The translations under genes and the position numbers were made by a program. The notes beneath the pieces are model-generated. The model was not told where the DNA came from, did no database searches, and worked only from the letters and a program-made list of their open reading frames with translations. Shown here piece after piece: positions 1-12,020 of a stretch of 64,000 nt of DNA (the stretch's first letter is position 1; each line of letters opens with the position of its first letter). Origin of the DNA: Nemertoderma westbladi (Eukaryota > Animalia > Xenacoelomorpha); the NCBI GenBank assembly GCA_032718475.1, contig JAUCBJ010004912.1, forward strand, positions 45,976 through 109,975, given 5' to 3'.

Positions 1-71
1 GTTAATTCCCCAACTCTATTACGCTGCCACTCGCACTCGACCCCAGTATATCCACTATAATATATTTATAG

Positions 72-185
72 GTACTTGTGTTGATAAACTAAACAGTTGT
101 AATGGATTATCCCGTATAGGGGAGTGTCGGTCAAACTCAGAATTTATGCTGAAATCATGTCCTGGAGCTTGTGGGGAATGTTCAG
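72..185 (+). CDS. ShKT-domain exon (internal, phase 1-1) of a multi-ShK protein
   Basis: tttatag| acceptor and |gttggt donor; 114 bp. Translates (G)TCVDKLNSCNGLSRIGECRSNSEFMLKSCPGACGECS, the six-Cys ShKT pattern. Not in the ORF track. Confidence 0.88.
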
Positions 186-318
186 GTTGGTTTTGTGTTA
201 TACGTTGTTATAACTATCATTTTTTGTTTTATTTGTTAAATATAGGCCTATACTAATATATATATATATATAATATATATAGGCCTATAACTTTGAATAT
301 ATTTAATTTTTGTTGCAG

Positions 319-483
319 GTGTCAAGGTTTCTGGTTGCATAGATACAATGGGTGATAAAATTACTCATCCTGCAGTTAATTCCAACTGCGCCGAAAATGT
401 TGACTGTAAGTCTTCTGACCCCAAGGAACAGTATATTGCTTGGCAACGGTGTCCCGTAACCTGTGGATTATGTCACTCCCAAC
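319..483 (+). CDS. Second ShKT-like exon (phase 1-1)
   Basis: ttgttgcag| acceptor and |gtgagt donor; 165 bp. Translates VKVSGCIDTMGDKITHPAVNSNCAENVDCKSSDPKEQYIAWQRCPVTCGLCHSQ. Confidence 0.85.
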
Positions 484-599
484 GTGAGTTTCAAGTTTCA
501 CTATACTAATAATATATACAGAAATACAATAATACACAAATATTATACAAACTGTTTACATACTTGTGTGTAATCTAAAGCCACAATCGGCATGCTGTA

Positions 600-1489
600 A
601 TCCAGCTTAAATAAAGAATGCTGTGCCTGCTTATTGACAAAATTTAACAGCCACTATCGCTTCTGTATCACCAATGACATTCGCGAGATAATCCGCACCT
701 CAAGAAAGTCATGGGATGCCCACCACTCTTATTCTCTGCAAGATGCAGCCAAATCACAAAATTGTGTACTGGCTGGTCTTGACGGTGAAAGCAATGTTCT
801 GCAAAGCGGGGCGGTTCTGTTCAAGTGTCAAGGTTTGGGGACCATTGATATACCTCCACCACCCCAATGCTGTATAGGGTATTTTGGCAGATGTATCACT
901 GTATTTTACATGACACAATGGAGCATGTAGCATAGTTGTGTGTATATGTACCATCCAGAGATGTGTAGATCCACTTAGAGCCCAGAATGGACTCCCATTG
1001 GAGTACATATGGTCCAATTTACACCCTAAATAATTGAATCTTGGCTTCCGTTTTATTATATGAGACTTCCAAATCCTGGACAGCATAGTTAATAGGCCTA
1101 CTGATAAAGTTTTCCCATTGACTATCCGAAGATCTCCACCTGGCTTCCGGATCCGTGATCCCAGCAAGCACAAATCACCCATATACTCCTCAAACGTATC
1201 TTATGCTCAGATATTTCTGGTAGAACTTTTTCAGTGGAAGTTAGCAGTCAAAATTTGGGTATTCTTGGAGTTAACAAAAAGACCAGAGCAAGGAGCAGCC
1301 TGCACCAATGAATTGAAGAAGAGTTGGGCTCCTAGTGATTCTAATAGTACTCCAAGTCATCTGCAAAGTTCAGATCAGTTAGGCAGAATTTGGCGGTGTT
1401 TCCTCGACATCTGGATTCAGTAGGGGGTGTTACCATCACCCTATCGTCATTATGATCATCTGTAAAGACATGCTTAAAACATACAGTAG
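600..1489 (-). mobile_element. Decayed RTE-type LINE, 3' part of RT (continues at 5762-5825)
   Basis: Minus-strand TDLNFADD, LGSRIRK, RIWKS, LEQNR motifs. Colinear with the LINE at 21320-24120. Split by the Gypsy insertion. Confidence 0.85.
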
Positions 1490-1698
1490 TGTAGCGTTCC
1501 CTCGACCACGGATTCGTACCCTCACCAGGAGGAAATAAGTTGGACATGGGACTCATGTTATTATACTTACTGCCCTACAGTACTGCGACTGATCAGTTGA
1601 CGTACGGCATAACAGTAACTGCATGATATATAATTGATTATAATAATATAAGCTTTATATCACATTTCTGCATTTTTGATGGGATTGTCATCCCTTCA
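1490..1698 (+). repeat. 5' LTR of CsRn1-like element
   Basis: tgtagcgttcc...atcccttca, repeated at 5548-5761. Confidence 0.95.
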
Positions 1699-1699
1699 C

Positions 1700-1717
1700 T
1701 GGTGACCCGGACGAGAT
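1700..1717 (+). other. Primer binding site, tRNA-Trp type
   Basis: tggtgacccggacgagat matches the known tRNA-Trp PBS TGGTGACCCCGACGTGAT at 16/18, 1 nt after the LTR. Confidence 0.85.
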
Positions 1718-1723
1718 TAATTC

Positions 1724-2400
1724 ATGGAGGCCACAGACATTCAGGCCCTCACTGTCGCCATTGCCACGATCCCCAAGGCAGACACCACTGCTTCCGTCAA
1801 TGCCGCGATGGTGAAACTTCCCCGGTTCTGGCCAACACGGCTGGAGGTCTGGTTCCACCAGGTGGAGGCGCAATTCACACTCCACGCGATCACCATGGAC
1901 TCTGCTAAATTTAACTATATAATCGTGGTGCTCGATAAGGAAACCACTGGCGAAATCGAGGCGATCATCCTCTCCCCACCTGCAACTGACTCTTACCAGG
2001 CCATCAAGGACGCCCTCATCCGAACCTTTGGCCGCTCACAGGTGGCCAAGGATGCAGAGCTACTCGCTCTCGCCAGCCTCGGGGACAGGAAACCTACGGG
2101 CCTCCTCAACCACATCCGCAGCCTCAACGCCAATTCTGACACCATATTCTGCACCCTGTTCCTCGCACAGCTGCCATACGAGGTCTACCAGATCCTCGCT
2201 GGCTCTGGTAAGATGGACCTTGACGAGTTGGCAGCTGACGCCGACATTATAATGTAATCCCCTACCCCGGCTCAAAACATCGCCACGATACGGCGCAACG
2301 GCGCACCACGTTTCACTAGCCAGCAACCGTCACTCTGCTACTTCCACCAGAAATTCGGCATGGACGCCAGGAACTGCAAGTGCGGCTACTGCTCAATGTC
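1724..2400 (+). pseudogene. gag: gag (DUF7041-type N-terminus plus CHCC finger), interrupted
   Basis: VKLPRFWPTRLEVWFHQVEAQF; stop at 2257; downstream CYFHQKFGMDARNCKCGYC (C-X2-H-X9-C-X3-C). Confidence 0.85.
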
Positions 2401-2519
2401 CCACCTCGTCCCGTCATTGGTGCAAACAGATCTCTGGCGCACAGCCCCCACAGCATGTTCCGGTCGACCAGAAAACGGCCCGGCCAGCCACTAACTCCCG
2501 CGGTTGGCCACTCTGTGGA

Positions 2520-5400
2520 GGCACAGACACTATGTCCGTATAGGACACACGTTCCGACCGGATCTACCTCATCGACTGCGGGGCCCAACTATCAGTCATT
2601 CTGGCCTTAACACAGGATCATTGCCTCCCTCGCACACCACCTCATGTTGCCGCGAGTGGCACCACCATTGCGACCTGGGGCCGCCGGAAGTACTCAATCC
2701 TCCTCGCTGGTTATCAGTTCTACCTTGAGGCTCATGTGGCCGACATCACCCAACCAATCCTCGGCGCTGACTTCTTCCACCTCAACCGCCTGCTCGTCGA
2801 CATGGCAGGCAGGCATTTAGTCAACCCCAATGGGAAGACTATCCCCGCCTCCGACTTCTCGGGACTACCCTCTGTCACCACCATCTCCATCTTCGAGAAG
2901 GTGCTTGAGGAGTTCCCCGAATCCTCAAACCCTGTTTCGCCATCACAGATGACAATCTCCACAGGGTCAAGCACCACATCATCACTGATTGTCCTCCCCG
3001 CTTCGCCCACGCCCGGCGCCTCAATGCGGAGAAACTGACAATCACCAAGGATGAGTTCTTGAAGATGGAAAAACTCGGTATAATCTGGAGGTCAAACTCC
3101 CCGTTGACGTCAGCTCACCACATCACGCTGAAACCTGATGGCGGCTGGTGACCGTGCGGCAACTTCAGGCAGCATAATGACGCCACGCTGCCCGACATGT
3201 ATCCACTCCCACTTATACATAACTTTAATGCCAACCTCACTGGAGCGAAAATCTTCACCAAGATTGACCTGGCGCAAAGTTATCACCAGGTTCTCATGAT
3301 GTAGGAGGACATTCCCAAGACCACCCCTTTGGTCTCTGGAAGTTTCTCCGCATGCCATTCAGCCACCAGAATGGAGTCGCAGAATGGAATGGAATTGCAG
3401 AGGCTAATGGACTCCATCTTCCGCGACCTCCCCTACCTCAAATCGACTGCCTCAACTATATCCTCATTGGTAGCCACTCATTGGATGAGCACTACGCCAG
3501 GTCTTCCTCATCTTGGTGGAGAATGGGCTCACGGTGCAGCTCCGGAAGTGCGTGGTCGGCGTCCCATCCCTTGCCTACCTCAGACAGACGCAGTCGACGC
3601 CGACGGGATCCCACTCCCCACCAAGGTTGAGGCTATCTCCGCTTTCCCCGTCCCAACAACAAAAATCACCATGCAGCGATTCCTGGGAATAGTGAATTAT
3701 TTTCACCGTTTCCTCCCAGGGATCCTAGGCACCCTAGACCCCCTCCATGAGGCGATGAAAACTCAAGCACGTGATGTCACCTGGTCGCAGGACTGCCAGT
3801 CAGCCTTTGACACATTGAAGTCAGCTTTGGCCACCGCACCACCACAATGCTCCACCACCCACGCGATGATGCCACATCAAGCATCATAGCTGACGCCTCC
3901 GACATAGCCGCCAGTGGCGTACTCGAGCAGTGACAGAGCAACATCTGGCGCCCCATTGCCTTCTTCTCAAAGAAGTTTTCTCTCACTGAATGTTGCTACT
4001 CCGCCTTCGATAGAGAGTTGCTGGTGGTCTACCTCGCCATCAAAACGTTCCAACACCACGTCAAGGGCAGCATGTTCGGTATTTTTACTGATCATAAGCC
4101 ATTGACTGGTGCCTTCTCCAGCTCCGTAGACTGCTCAACTCTCCTTCAGAGTTCTCAATAGACACCCACCACATCAGTAGGAAGGACAACGTCATTGCGA
4201 ATGCGCTTTCCCATGCATTGATCTCCGCAGTACTATCCCCCACTCTCGACTTCTCCCAGCTCGCCATTGCCCTGGCCGCCGCCTCGGAGGAAATGGCCAC
4301 TTACTGCAGGGCGATGAGTAGCCTTAAACTCGTCGACACAAAATTCAGCGACTTTACCATCCTCTGCGACATCTCTACCATCGTTGCCTGGCCCGTCGTA
4401 CCATCCACCTTGACACAGAGGGTTTTCTACGCCCTCCATGGGCTCTCCCACCCCGCCACGAGGCCCTCCATCAAAGCAGTCTCTTCCCGTTTTATATGGC
4501 ATGGCCTTAGGCGGGATATTATGCACTTGTGCCGAGAGTGTCACCCCTGCCAAGCCTTCAAAATCATGCACCACACACGCACCCCGCTCACCAAGCGTGC
4601 ATCGCCCACCACAAGGTTCTCCTGCCTCCATGTAGACATCGTGGGTCCCCTCCCACCCTCGGAGAACGTCATCTATCTTTTCGCCATCATAGATAGCTTC
4701 ACCAGGTGGCCGGAGGCGATCCTGATACAGAACTCGGAGACCGAGACGTGCGCACGCATGCTCCTACAGGGGTGGATTACCCGATTCAGCATCCCGACGG
4801 ACATCACGTCCAACCATGGTCCCACAGTTTACCTCCAAACTGTGGGTGGAATTCAACTCCCTCCCCGGGATCACGGCCAACATCACCAATGCCTACCACC
4901 CACAAGCAAACGGGATGGTCGAACGGCTTTACCACCAATTAAAGGCATCCCTCAAAACACGCCTCTCGACATCTCGTTGGATGGATGAGCTGCCACTAGT
5001 CGACGGCATCAGAACGGCGTGGTGGGAGGACCCTGGTACCACGCCCGCTGAACTCGTCTATGGCGTGCCATTGCACGCTCCTGGGGAGTTCATTCCCTCA
5101 CTGCCTCGCTTGTCAACCCCCTCATCGAATCTCCAGGACCAGGACGATATGCGCAACTTGAAACCACCTGCCACCGAGTTCCATGGCACACCCATCGACC
5201 GCGTCCTACCAAACCTACAAGGCACCGAGTTTGTTTACGTGCGGCGCGACGGCCACAGAACTCTGTTACAATAACCCTATTCCGGGGCGTTCCCCGTACT
5301 TAAACCCAGACCCAAAAGTTTTGAAATACAGGTCGGGCGACGATGAAACACGGTCTCGGTCGACCGCCTTAAAATCGCCCACAGCGTCGCGTAAACCAAT
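2520..5400 (+). pseudogene. pol: pol (protease, RT, RNase H, integrase) with many frameshifts and stops
   Basis: PILGADFFH; FQRLMDSIFRDL-like RT; MQRFLGIVNYFHRF; integrase H..H..C..C, HVDIVGPLP, HPQANGMVER. Confidence 0.9.
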
Positions 5401-5547
5401 ACGCAATACCGCACAAACCACAGCCCGCCCCACAACCGGCAGTCATTCAACAAACCCCAGCCACATCTCGCTCAGGACGAAACCTCCATCAGCCGAACCG
5501 ATTCGCCCCATAAACTCGGGATGTCCGTGTGCTGGGGGGGGGGGGCA

Positions 5548-5761
5548 TGTAGCGTTCCCTCGACCAGGGATTTGCACCCTCACCAGGAGGACCTAAGTTG
5601 GACATGGGACTCATGTTATTATACTTACTGCCCTACAGTACTGCAACTGATCAGCTGACGTACGGCATAACGGTGCTGCATGATATGAATATATAATTGG
5701 TTATAATAATATAAGCTTTATATCACATTTCTGCATTTTTGATGGGATTGTCATCCCTTCA
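5548..5761 (+). repeat. 3' LTR of CsRn1-like element, preceded by PPT 5534-5545
   Basis: Direct repeat of 1490-1698, followed by TSD gtag. Confidence 0.95.
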
Positions 5762-6170
5762 GTAGTAAACCACAATTACGAATAAGAATGGTGCAAGAGT
5801 GTCACCCTGGAGGACTCCCCCATTATATGTGTGTAAAGTGGCACTTAATAGGGACATTTTAATATGAATGATCGTAGTGAGTGGGTGCAAAATAAAATAA
5901 GGAGGATCGCAACACTGTAAAGTACTTTGCAATTAGCATTGACGTAACTTCTATGAATATAGTAATCTTACAAAACTACTGCTATAGAAAAACAGCACAC
6001 GAATACGTGTTTTACTGCACAAGAAATACATGAAATATGTGTTTTTTTCTCTTGCTGTAGGTCTTCTTTAATCTGTTATATTTTCTTAGAAATTTGTACA
6101 AATGTAAAGTTTAACAGTTTTAGCTAAATTATTTCCCGTCCTAATTTAGCCTATTAATAACTTATTTTAG

Positions 6171-6283
6171 TACCGAAAGGTTGCTACGACAGGGGAACAA
6201 AGTGTGCGCGCTATGCCAAGAAGCGGGGCTGCACAAGTGGATACATGAAAAGCCACTGCAAGAAAACTTGCAAATTATGTTGA
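6171..6283 (+). CDS. Terminal ShKT exon ending in TGA
   Basis: cttattttag| acceptor, phase compatible with exon 319-483. Translates (L)PKGCYDRGTKCARYAKKRGCTSGYMKSHCKKTCKLC*. Confidence 0.85.
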
Positions 6284-8449
6284 AAAGAAGAAACAGTCTA
6301 CTGTATGTTTTGTAATGAGGTGGTTGGTGGTTGTGGTGTTGATTTATGTATATTGATGTGCTTTAAGATATTATTACATTACTGTCTACTGTAGTATATC
6401 AACTGATAGAACTATACCATGCCTACTGTACTGTATCTTCTGTGTTGAAATGATGGTTGGGGATGTTGATTTCTTATACATGTTAGCCTATACCCTAGGG
6501 GGTGTATACTGTATATTGATGTGTTTTACGATTATCTTACATATATACAGTAGTAGTACTGTCTGTACTGTAGTAGATCGACATATACTGTAGGACCATT
6601 CCATCTGCCTACTCTATGTTTTGTATTGAGATGATGGTTGAGGGTATTGATTTCTTATTATGTCAGCTTATATTGATGTGCTTTAAGATGATGTTGTACA
6701 GTATTCCCTACAGTGTATTCACTGTTTTCATTTTACAGTGGGTCATTGTTCCATTACAAGTCCCAAAACATTTACTGTATAATAATGGTCGTAATAAGTC
6801 GCTTCATTTACTGATTGTCAGGATTCGTAATATTCCATAATTGTAATTATAAATTATTGTGGATAGCGTAATTTAATGTAAGGCCTAATTCCTACCAGTC
6901 GGGCAACGGATCTAACTCGAAAACCATGTCCTGGAATATAATTATTCGGAATTCATGTACGCAATCCCCCACCCCCCCCCCCCCCCCCCCCATCATATTT
7001 TTTTACATCACAATTCAGAAAAAAAATAAAATGTACATGCAATGGACGCATAGATATAGCGATGTCGTGAGGTTCAGTGGCCTTATCATATTGAACGAGT
7101 TTCTTGCGAGTTTATAATGTTGTACACCATGTCACCGTCGTATTTATTGTAAAATCATGCATAGATAGTGGCAGATAGTGGTGCTCTTTGACCGCAATTG
7201 AAATAAGTTTTCTCCATATTGGTCGCATATGAAATAAAGCCTTTTATTGTTTTGGTTAAACAATTACAATTACTGTAACCTACTCCTTTCCCGTAATGAT
7301 TAATTCACGAAGCTAAGGAAAATCAACTACTTTCGCTAAGAAAGATTTTCCTTAGCTCAGATGGTGTATTCATACAGTACATGGCTATTTTACTTGTGTG
7401 AGGCGCAGATTTGTTTTTTTTTACTACAGCCAAAACTAACCTTTAAAAGTGCCCTGAAATTTTGCATCTACATATATATACTACTCGCCAAGGCCCATCT
7501 TGGGGCTGGGTCTCAATTTGGAAAAAATCTGGTCTCCATGAAAATGTCTATGTATTTCAAGTCAATATTTTTAACTCTATTTGTAGCAAAACCATAATAC
7601 TGTAGATATACTGTACACTTGGGGTTTCTCAACCTAAGTATAATGGGCATAGCAGAGCCGATTGAGGTTAACTAGAAAATGCAGTTACCTTGGACACCAG
7701 GCTCAACAAATGTTCAAATTTATAAAATGATAATTTGAAGCCCAAGTTAAAGGCTTTTTTTATGACTTGGAACCAGTCCCGACCTCTTCTATATCACTGA
7801 TTCGGCATCCGAATTACATTGTTCTATTTTTCAGTATCCATGGCAACATCAGCAAGCATATGTTTTGACACAAAAATAGTTCATTTTGAACCAATAGATA
7901 ACATTCTCCAAAACTGGGTATGTGTTATCTGGACTCCCATTTGGTATTTTTTTTTAAACTCAAAACATTCCAGAAGTATCTAGTTACAGTACCATGGTAA
8001 CTGGAGTTTATTAAAGTCTATATCATTCAAGTCTATATCATTAACTCTATTTCTAAAACAACCTTAATAGATCAAAACATGGGGTTTTCAACACAATGGT
8101 AAGAACCCCTACCTCCACTATATCACTTATTTTGCATCCAATTAACGTTGTTATACAGTATTTATCAGTTTCCATGACAACCACTGCAAGCAGATCTGTT
8201 AAAAAATAAATCCTTAATTTTGGACATCAATTAAACTTCCTTGAAATCGATTTGTGTCACCTTGAACCACAAACTGGATCTTAATGTAAAACCGAGTAGT
8301 TCTAGAAAACTCCAGTTACCATGGTAATGGAGGTTTAATTAAGACATATGATTTTTAACTACAGTAGGTAAACCATTGATCTGATGAGTCAAAAATGCCT
8401 TTCTACAGTAGTATTCAATTAAATTTTAAGTAAAGAATCTTTTAGGCTT

Positions 8450-8645
8450 CTTAAGCCAAGGAATGCCTGTTCACCACCATGGGTGATCTTCCACAGTAAA
8501 CCCTTCCACTCTGTTTCCCAAGTTGCCTTGGTTCCCGTTTATCCACCAGTTAAGGATGAAAGTCAGGGTTGGGCTAGGCTGCAGCATTTAAAGCACTACG
8601 CAATTGGAAGCCCAGGAATGTCACCACTAGATCAATCTGCTGCTT
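8450..8645 (-). mobile_element. Degenerate tRNA-derived SINE relic with Meta-like central domain
   Basis: Minus strand has A-box-like ttgatctagtgg and ccaaccctgactttcatccttaactggtggataaacggg, resembling the cagcctttcatcct...gataaa SINE domain. Confidence 0.35.
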
Positions 8646-9289
8646 ACTTAATTTTAAGTATTTAAACCCACTAAAGATATAATTATTTAGTTATTTGCTG
8701 ACATTTTGCACTGTTACTGTAACTCCTATTTGGCCCTTGCGGCCAGGGTTATGTTAGAAGATCCCGATGGATTTCGGAATCCCTATCCAACAATTCAGTG
8801 TGCTCTTTTTGTGTAAATGCCGACCTCTCCATCTCCCTCAAGTCTCGACCAGGGGGTCCCTGCTGTCGGAATGAATTTCAGTTGAGGGTTTGGATTGAAA
8901 CTAGAGGAGTTAGATGGAAAATAATGAATCTTGTTGTTGCGAAATATATTAAATATACTAATAATAGAACCAATAAAGAGATACTAATAACATTTACTAA
9001 TATGCGAAATATACTAGATTGTGACAACAGTCGGAAACAGGCGAAAACAGTTGGAATGTAGGGATAACATCCCATATTTTTTCAGTATTTATTCTTCGTT
9101 ATCGAAATAAAATTATTTATTAGTGCTTATATTATCCACATTTCATTGTCATCGGCCTGATTGCAATTTGTTAATATCTGAGAAAAAATTACATGCGAGC
9201 GCGGTAATAAATAAATTCAATTTTCAGCAAAAATGTCCCTTTGAGTGTCCCAATCACAGTACAGTACTGTGATACTACAGTATATTATA

Positions 9290-10230
9290 CACCATGTCCT
9301 GGAATACAGTATAGTGTCGTTATTCAGGTACATCCCCCCAGCCCCCCCTCCCCCAGATTTTTTTACAAATCGTAATGAGATTGCATGAAATTTGAAACAG
9401 AGATAGTTTCATCTCCCTCCTCCTTCCTGGGTGAGCCAGAATTTTTGTTTTTGCTTTCATTCTTTAGCTACAAGCGTTTGAAAAAATTGTCTCCTGCGAT
9501 ATTTCACCTGTTACACCGCAGTTATTCTTCAATCTTATAGTGATTTATAGGTAGAGTTAGAAAGCTGGCTATGCAATGATTCCAAATACGTATCGCAATC
9601 TGAATTTCGTCGTAAAATAGCTGAGATATTAGCGTTCAAATGTTGCATGGTTTTACGCGCGCGCAAGGCTATTTAAGGATATTTTATTCTATTTAATAAA
9701 TACACCCTATTCTAGAACATTTTGTTTATTCCATACGTAGCTGGGCAACAATGCAATAACTCTATAATCATACTATTTAGCGTAGCTATTCATACATAAA
9801 CTAAGTGTTCTAGAATATAGTTTATTTGTTAAATAGAATAAAATAACCTCGCGCACGCGCAAAACCATGCAACATTCGAAGCTCATATCACAGCTACTGT
9901 ACTTTACGACGAAATTCAGATTGCGATACATATTTGGAATCGTTGCATGGCCAGCTTCCTAACTCTACCCATAAATCACTATAAGGTTGAAGAATGATTG
10001 CACTGTGACCTGTGAAATATCGCCGGAGACACCTTCTCAAACGCTTGTAGCTAAAGAATGAAAGCAAAAATATAAATTCTGGCTCACCCACGGAGGAGGA
10101 GGGAGATGAAACTATCTCTGTTTCATATTTCATGCAATCTCATTACGATTTGTAGAACAATTGGGGGGGGGGGGGGGGGGGGGGGCATGTACCTGAATAA
10201 CGACACTACTGTATATTCCAGGACATGGTG
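9290..10230. mobile_element. Foldback-type MITE with about 450-bp inverted arms (CACCATGTCC...GGACATGGTG)
   Basis: 9290-~9740 is the reverse complement of ~9781-10230. Partial copies at ~6923, 13050-13216, 29190-29690 and 55050-55858. No clear TSD. Confidence 0.9.
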
Positions 10231-10269
10231 AACTGTATTAGCCAGGATTCACAAATTACATAACATCAC

Positions 10270-10800
10270 AGAAATGGTTTTCGCTTTCAGACATTTCGCC
10301 CTCTAGCGGCGGATGAATCACATTCCTCAAAAATAATTAAATAGATTAAGATCAAGGAAATGGTGAAGGTATCACTTTCATACATTCCGCCCTCTAGCCG
10401 CAAACTGGATAACTGCAGACCGATTACCGACCCCGCCAAGACATAGGATGTATTTTAGATCAAACTGTATCTGACAAGTTTTAGCTTGAACGGATCACAA
10501 ATAACGGAATGGGTGAACGATTTCACTTTTAGACATTCCGCCCTCTAGCGGAAGACTGGTGAACTGCAATCGAATTAGCCTCTTTTGAAGGAAACTGCTA
10601 ATGGTCTAGTATAAATATAGCAAGTTTCAGCTTGAACATAATAAAAGCAAGGAAATGAAAGGACATTTAATGTTTAGTCATGTAGCCTTCTAGCGGCAGA
10701 CTATTGAAGTGAAGGTGACTGAAAGTCTCTACAAAATCTCAACCGTTGGTCTTATTTGATGCCTGCAAATTTTCAACAGCTTTAACCCGACAAAGTTATT
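10270..10800. repeat. Degenerate tandem monomers (about 90-150 bp), each with a CTCF-like motif
   Basis: cgccctctagcgg at 10297 and 10539; variants at 10388 and 10684. Shared caagttt(c/t)agcttgaac blocks. Confidence 0.6.
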
Positions 10801-11643
10801 ATCATGTCAAAATCGCAACGGCAACAACGCGACAACAAAAGGACAAGCAACTATTGACCCACCCTCTAACTAACAGTATCAGCTCGATAAGGCTATTCCA
10901 ACTTTGTGACTCGCCCCACTAAATTTAGTGGGCAGCTGCAGTATATCAGGACGTATTATCGACTATACAGTATGTCATGCCACACCGGGCACCAATCAAC
11001 AATATCGTTTACAATCATTTTTATATATTACGGAAAAATAATTTTCCTAAATACAGTAATAATAAATATACATCAAAATAATAATTTCAGATTATATATA
11101 TTTTCATGCGCCATATAGTCAACATATTGATATTTCACAAACATTTTAAAGTAAACATAAATATACTGTAGTAGGGCAAATCTGGAGATTTTGGCAGTTG
11201 AATTTCCACAATCTGTTGAATGAGTATGCCGAAGATGAGGAATCGTCGGGAAACTGATAATTTAAATTCTTATGGAATAAAATTACGTATTTCCCTTATA
11301 TGACTGACTCCCTGATGCATAATTGAGATTTTTTCGCTGGCCGATGCTCGGAAAATTATACATCTTGGTATCGGAGGGAAATAAAGTGCTATTTATTTGC
11401 ATATATTAACGGTTAACTTGTTATTAAACCATTTGTTTTACAAGCGATGAAAATAATGTAAATAATATTCCGGTACACAGAGCCTACCTTACTGTACCTT
11501 ATTAGTATTTGTATTGTATCTACATTATTTGAACACAAAATTTTAGGAAATAATTGCTTGCCACTTGAGTACCGCACTAATAAAAATTAAACGTTTAAAC
11601 AGACAATTTGTGTTGTCATGACAATGGTCTCTCTCTAATCCTC

Positions 11644-12020
11644 TTACATGATAAGTTCTTCGTTACCATCTTCGTCTGATTGGTTGTAGTCAAGGAGACA
11701 ACCTTTCTCAGCGGTTGTATCTCTTTGATCCACATTTATTGTAGATATCCTTGTATACGGAGGCCGCCTATTGGCTGATCTATACGCCTTGTACAGTATT
11801 CCTGCTGCTGTTGCTATGATTACGACCAATAGCAGCACACCAACTACCATTATTATAGGAGACATAGGTTTACCGGCGGTTGGGGGTTCATTAACTGGGG
11901 GTCGGATTATTAACTCAATCGGTGTGTCAACAACATCAACAATCTCCAATGGTACGGGAGAGGGTTCAACCATGGTAGGCTTCCACGGAATAGTTGCGGG
12001 TGGCTTTATTGTATCACCTT
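11644..12020 (-). CDS. Probable terminal exon of a type I membrane protein (Pro/Thr stalk, TM helix, short acidic tail)
   Basis: attattacag| acceptor at 12021 (phase 1). TM IIMVVGVLLLVVIIATAAGILY followed by basic KAYRSANRR. Tail has YTRI and ends SDEDGNEELIM*. Confidence 0.7.

Larger units (their letters stand above)
1490..5761 (+). mobile_element. Full-length decayed Gypsy LTR retrotransposon, CsRn1-like clade
   Basis: TG...CA LTRs 1490-1698 and 5548-5761 (about 95% identical by eye). 4-bp TSD GTAG. tRNA-Trp-type PBS, G-run PPT, CHCC Gag finger, PR-RT-RH-IN order. Confidence 0.95.
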
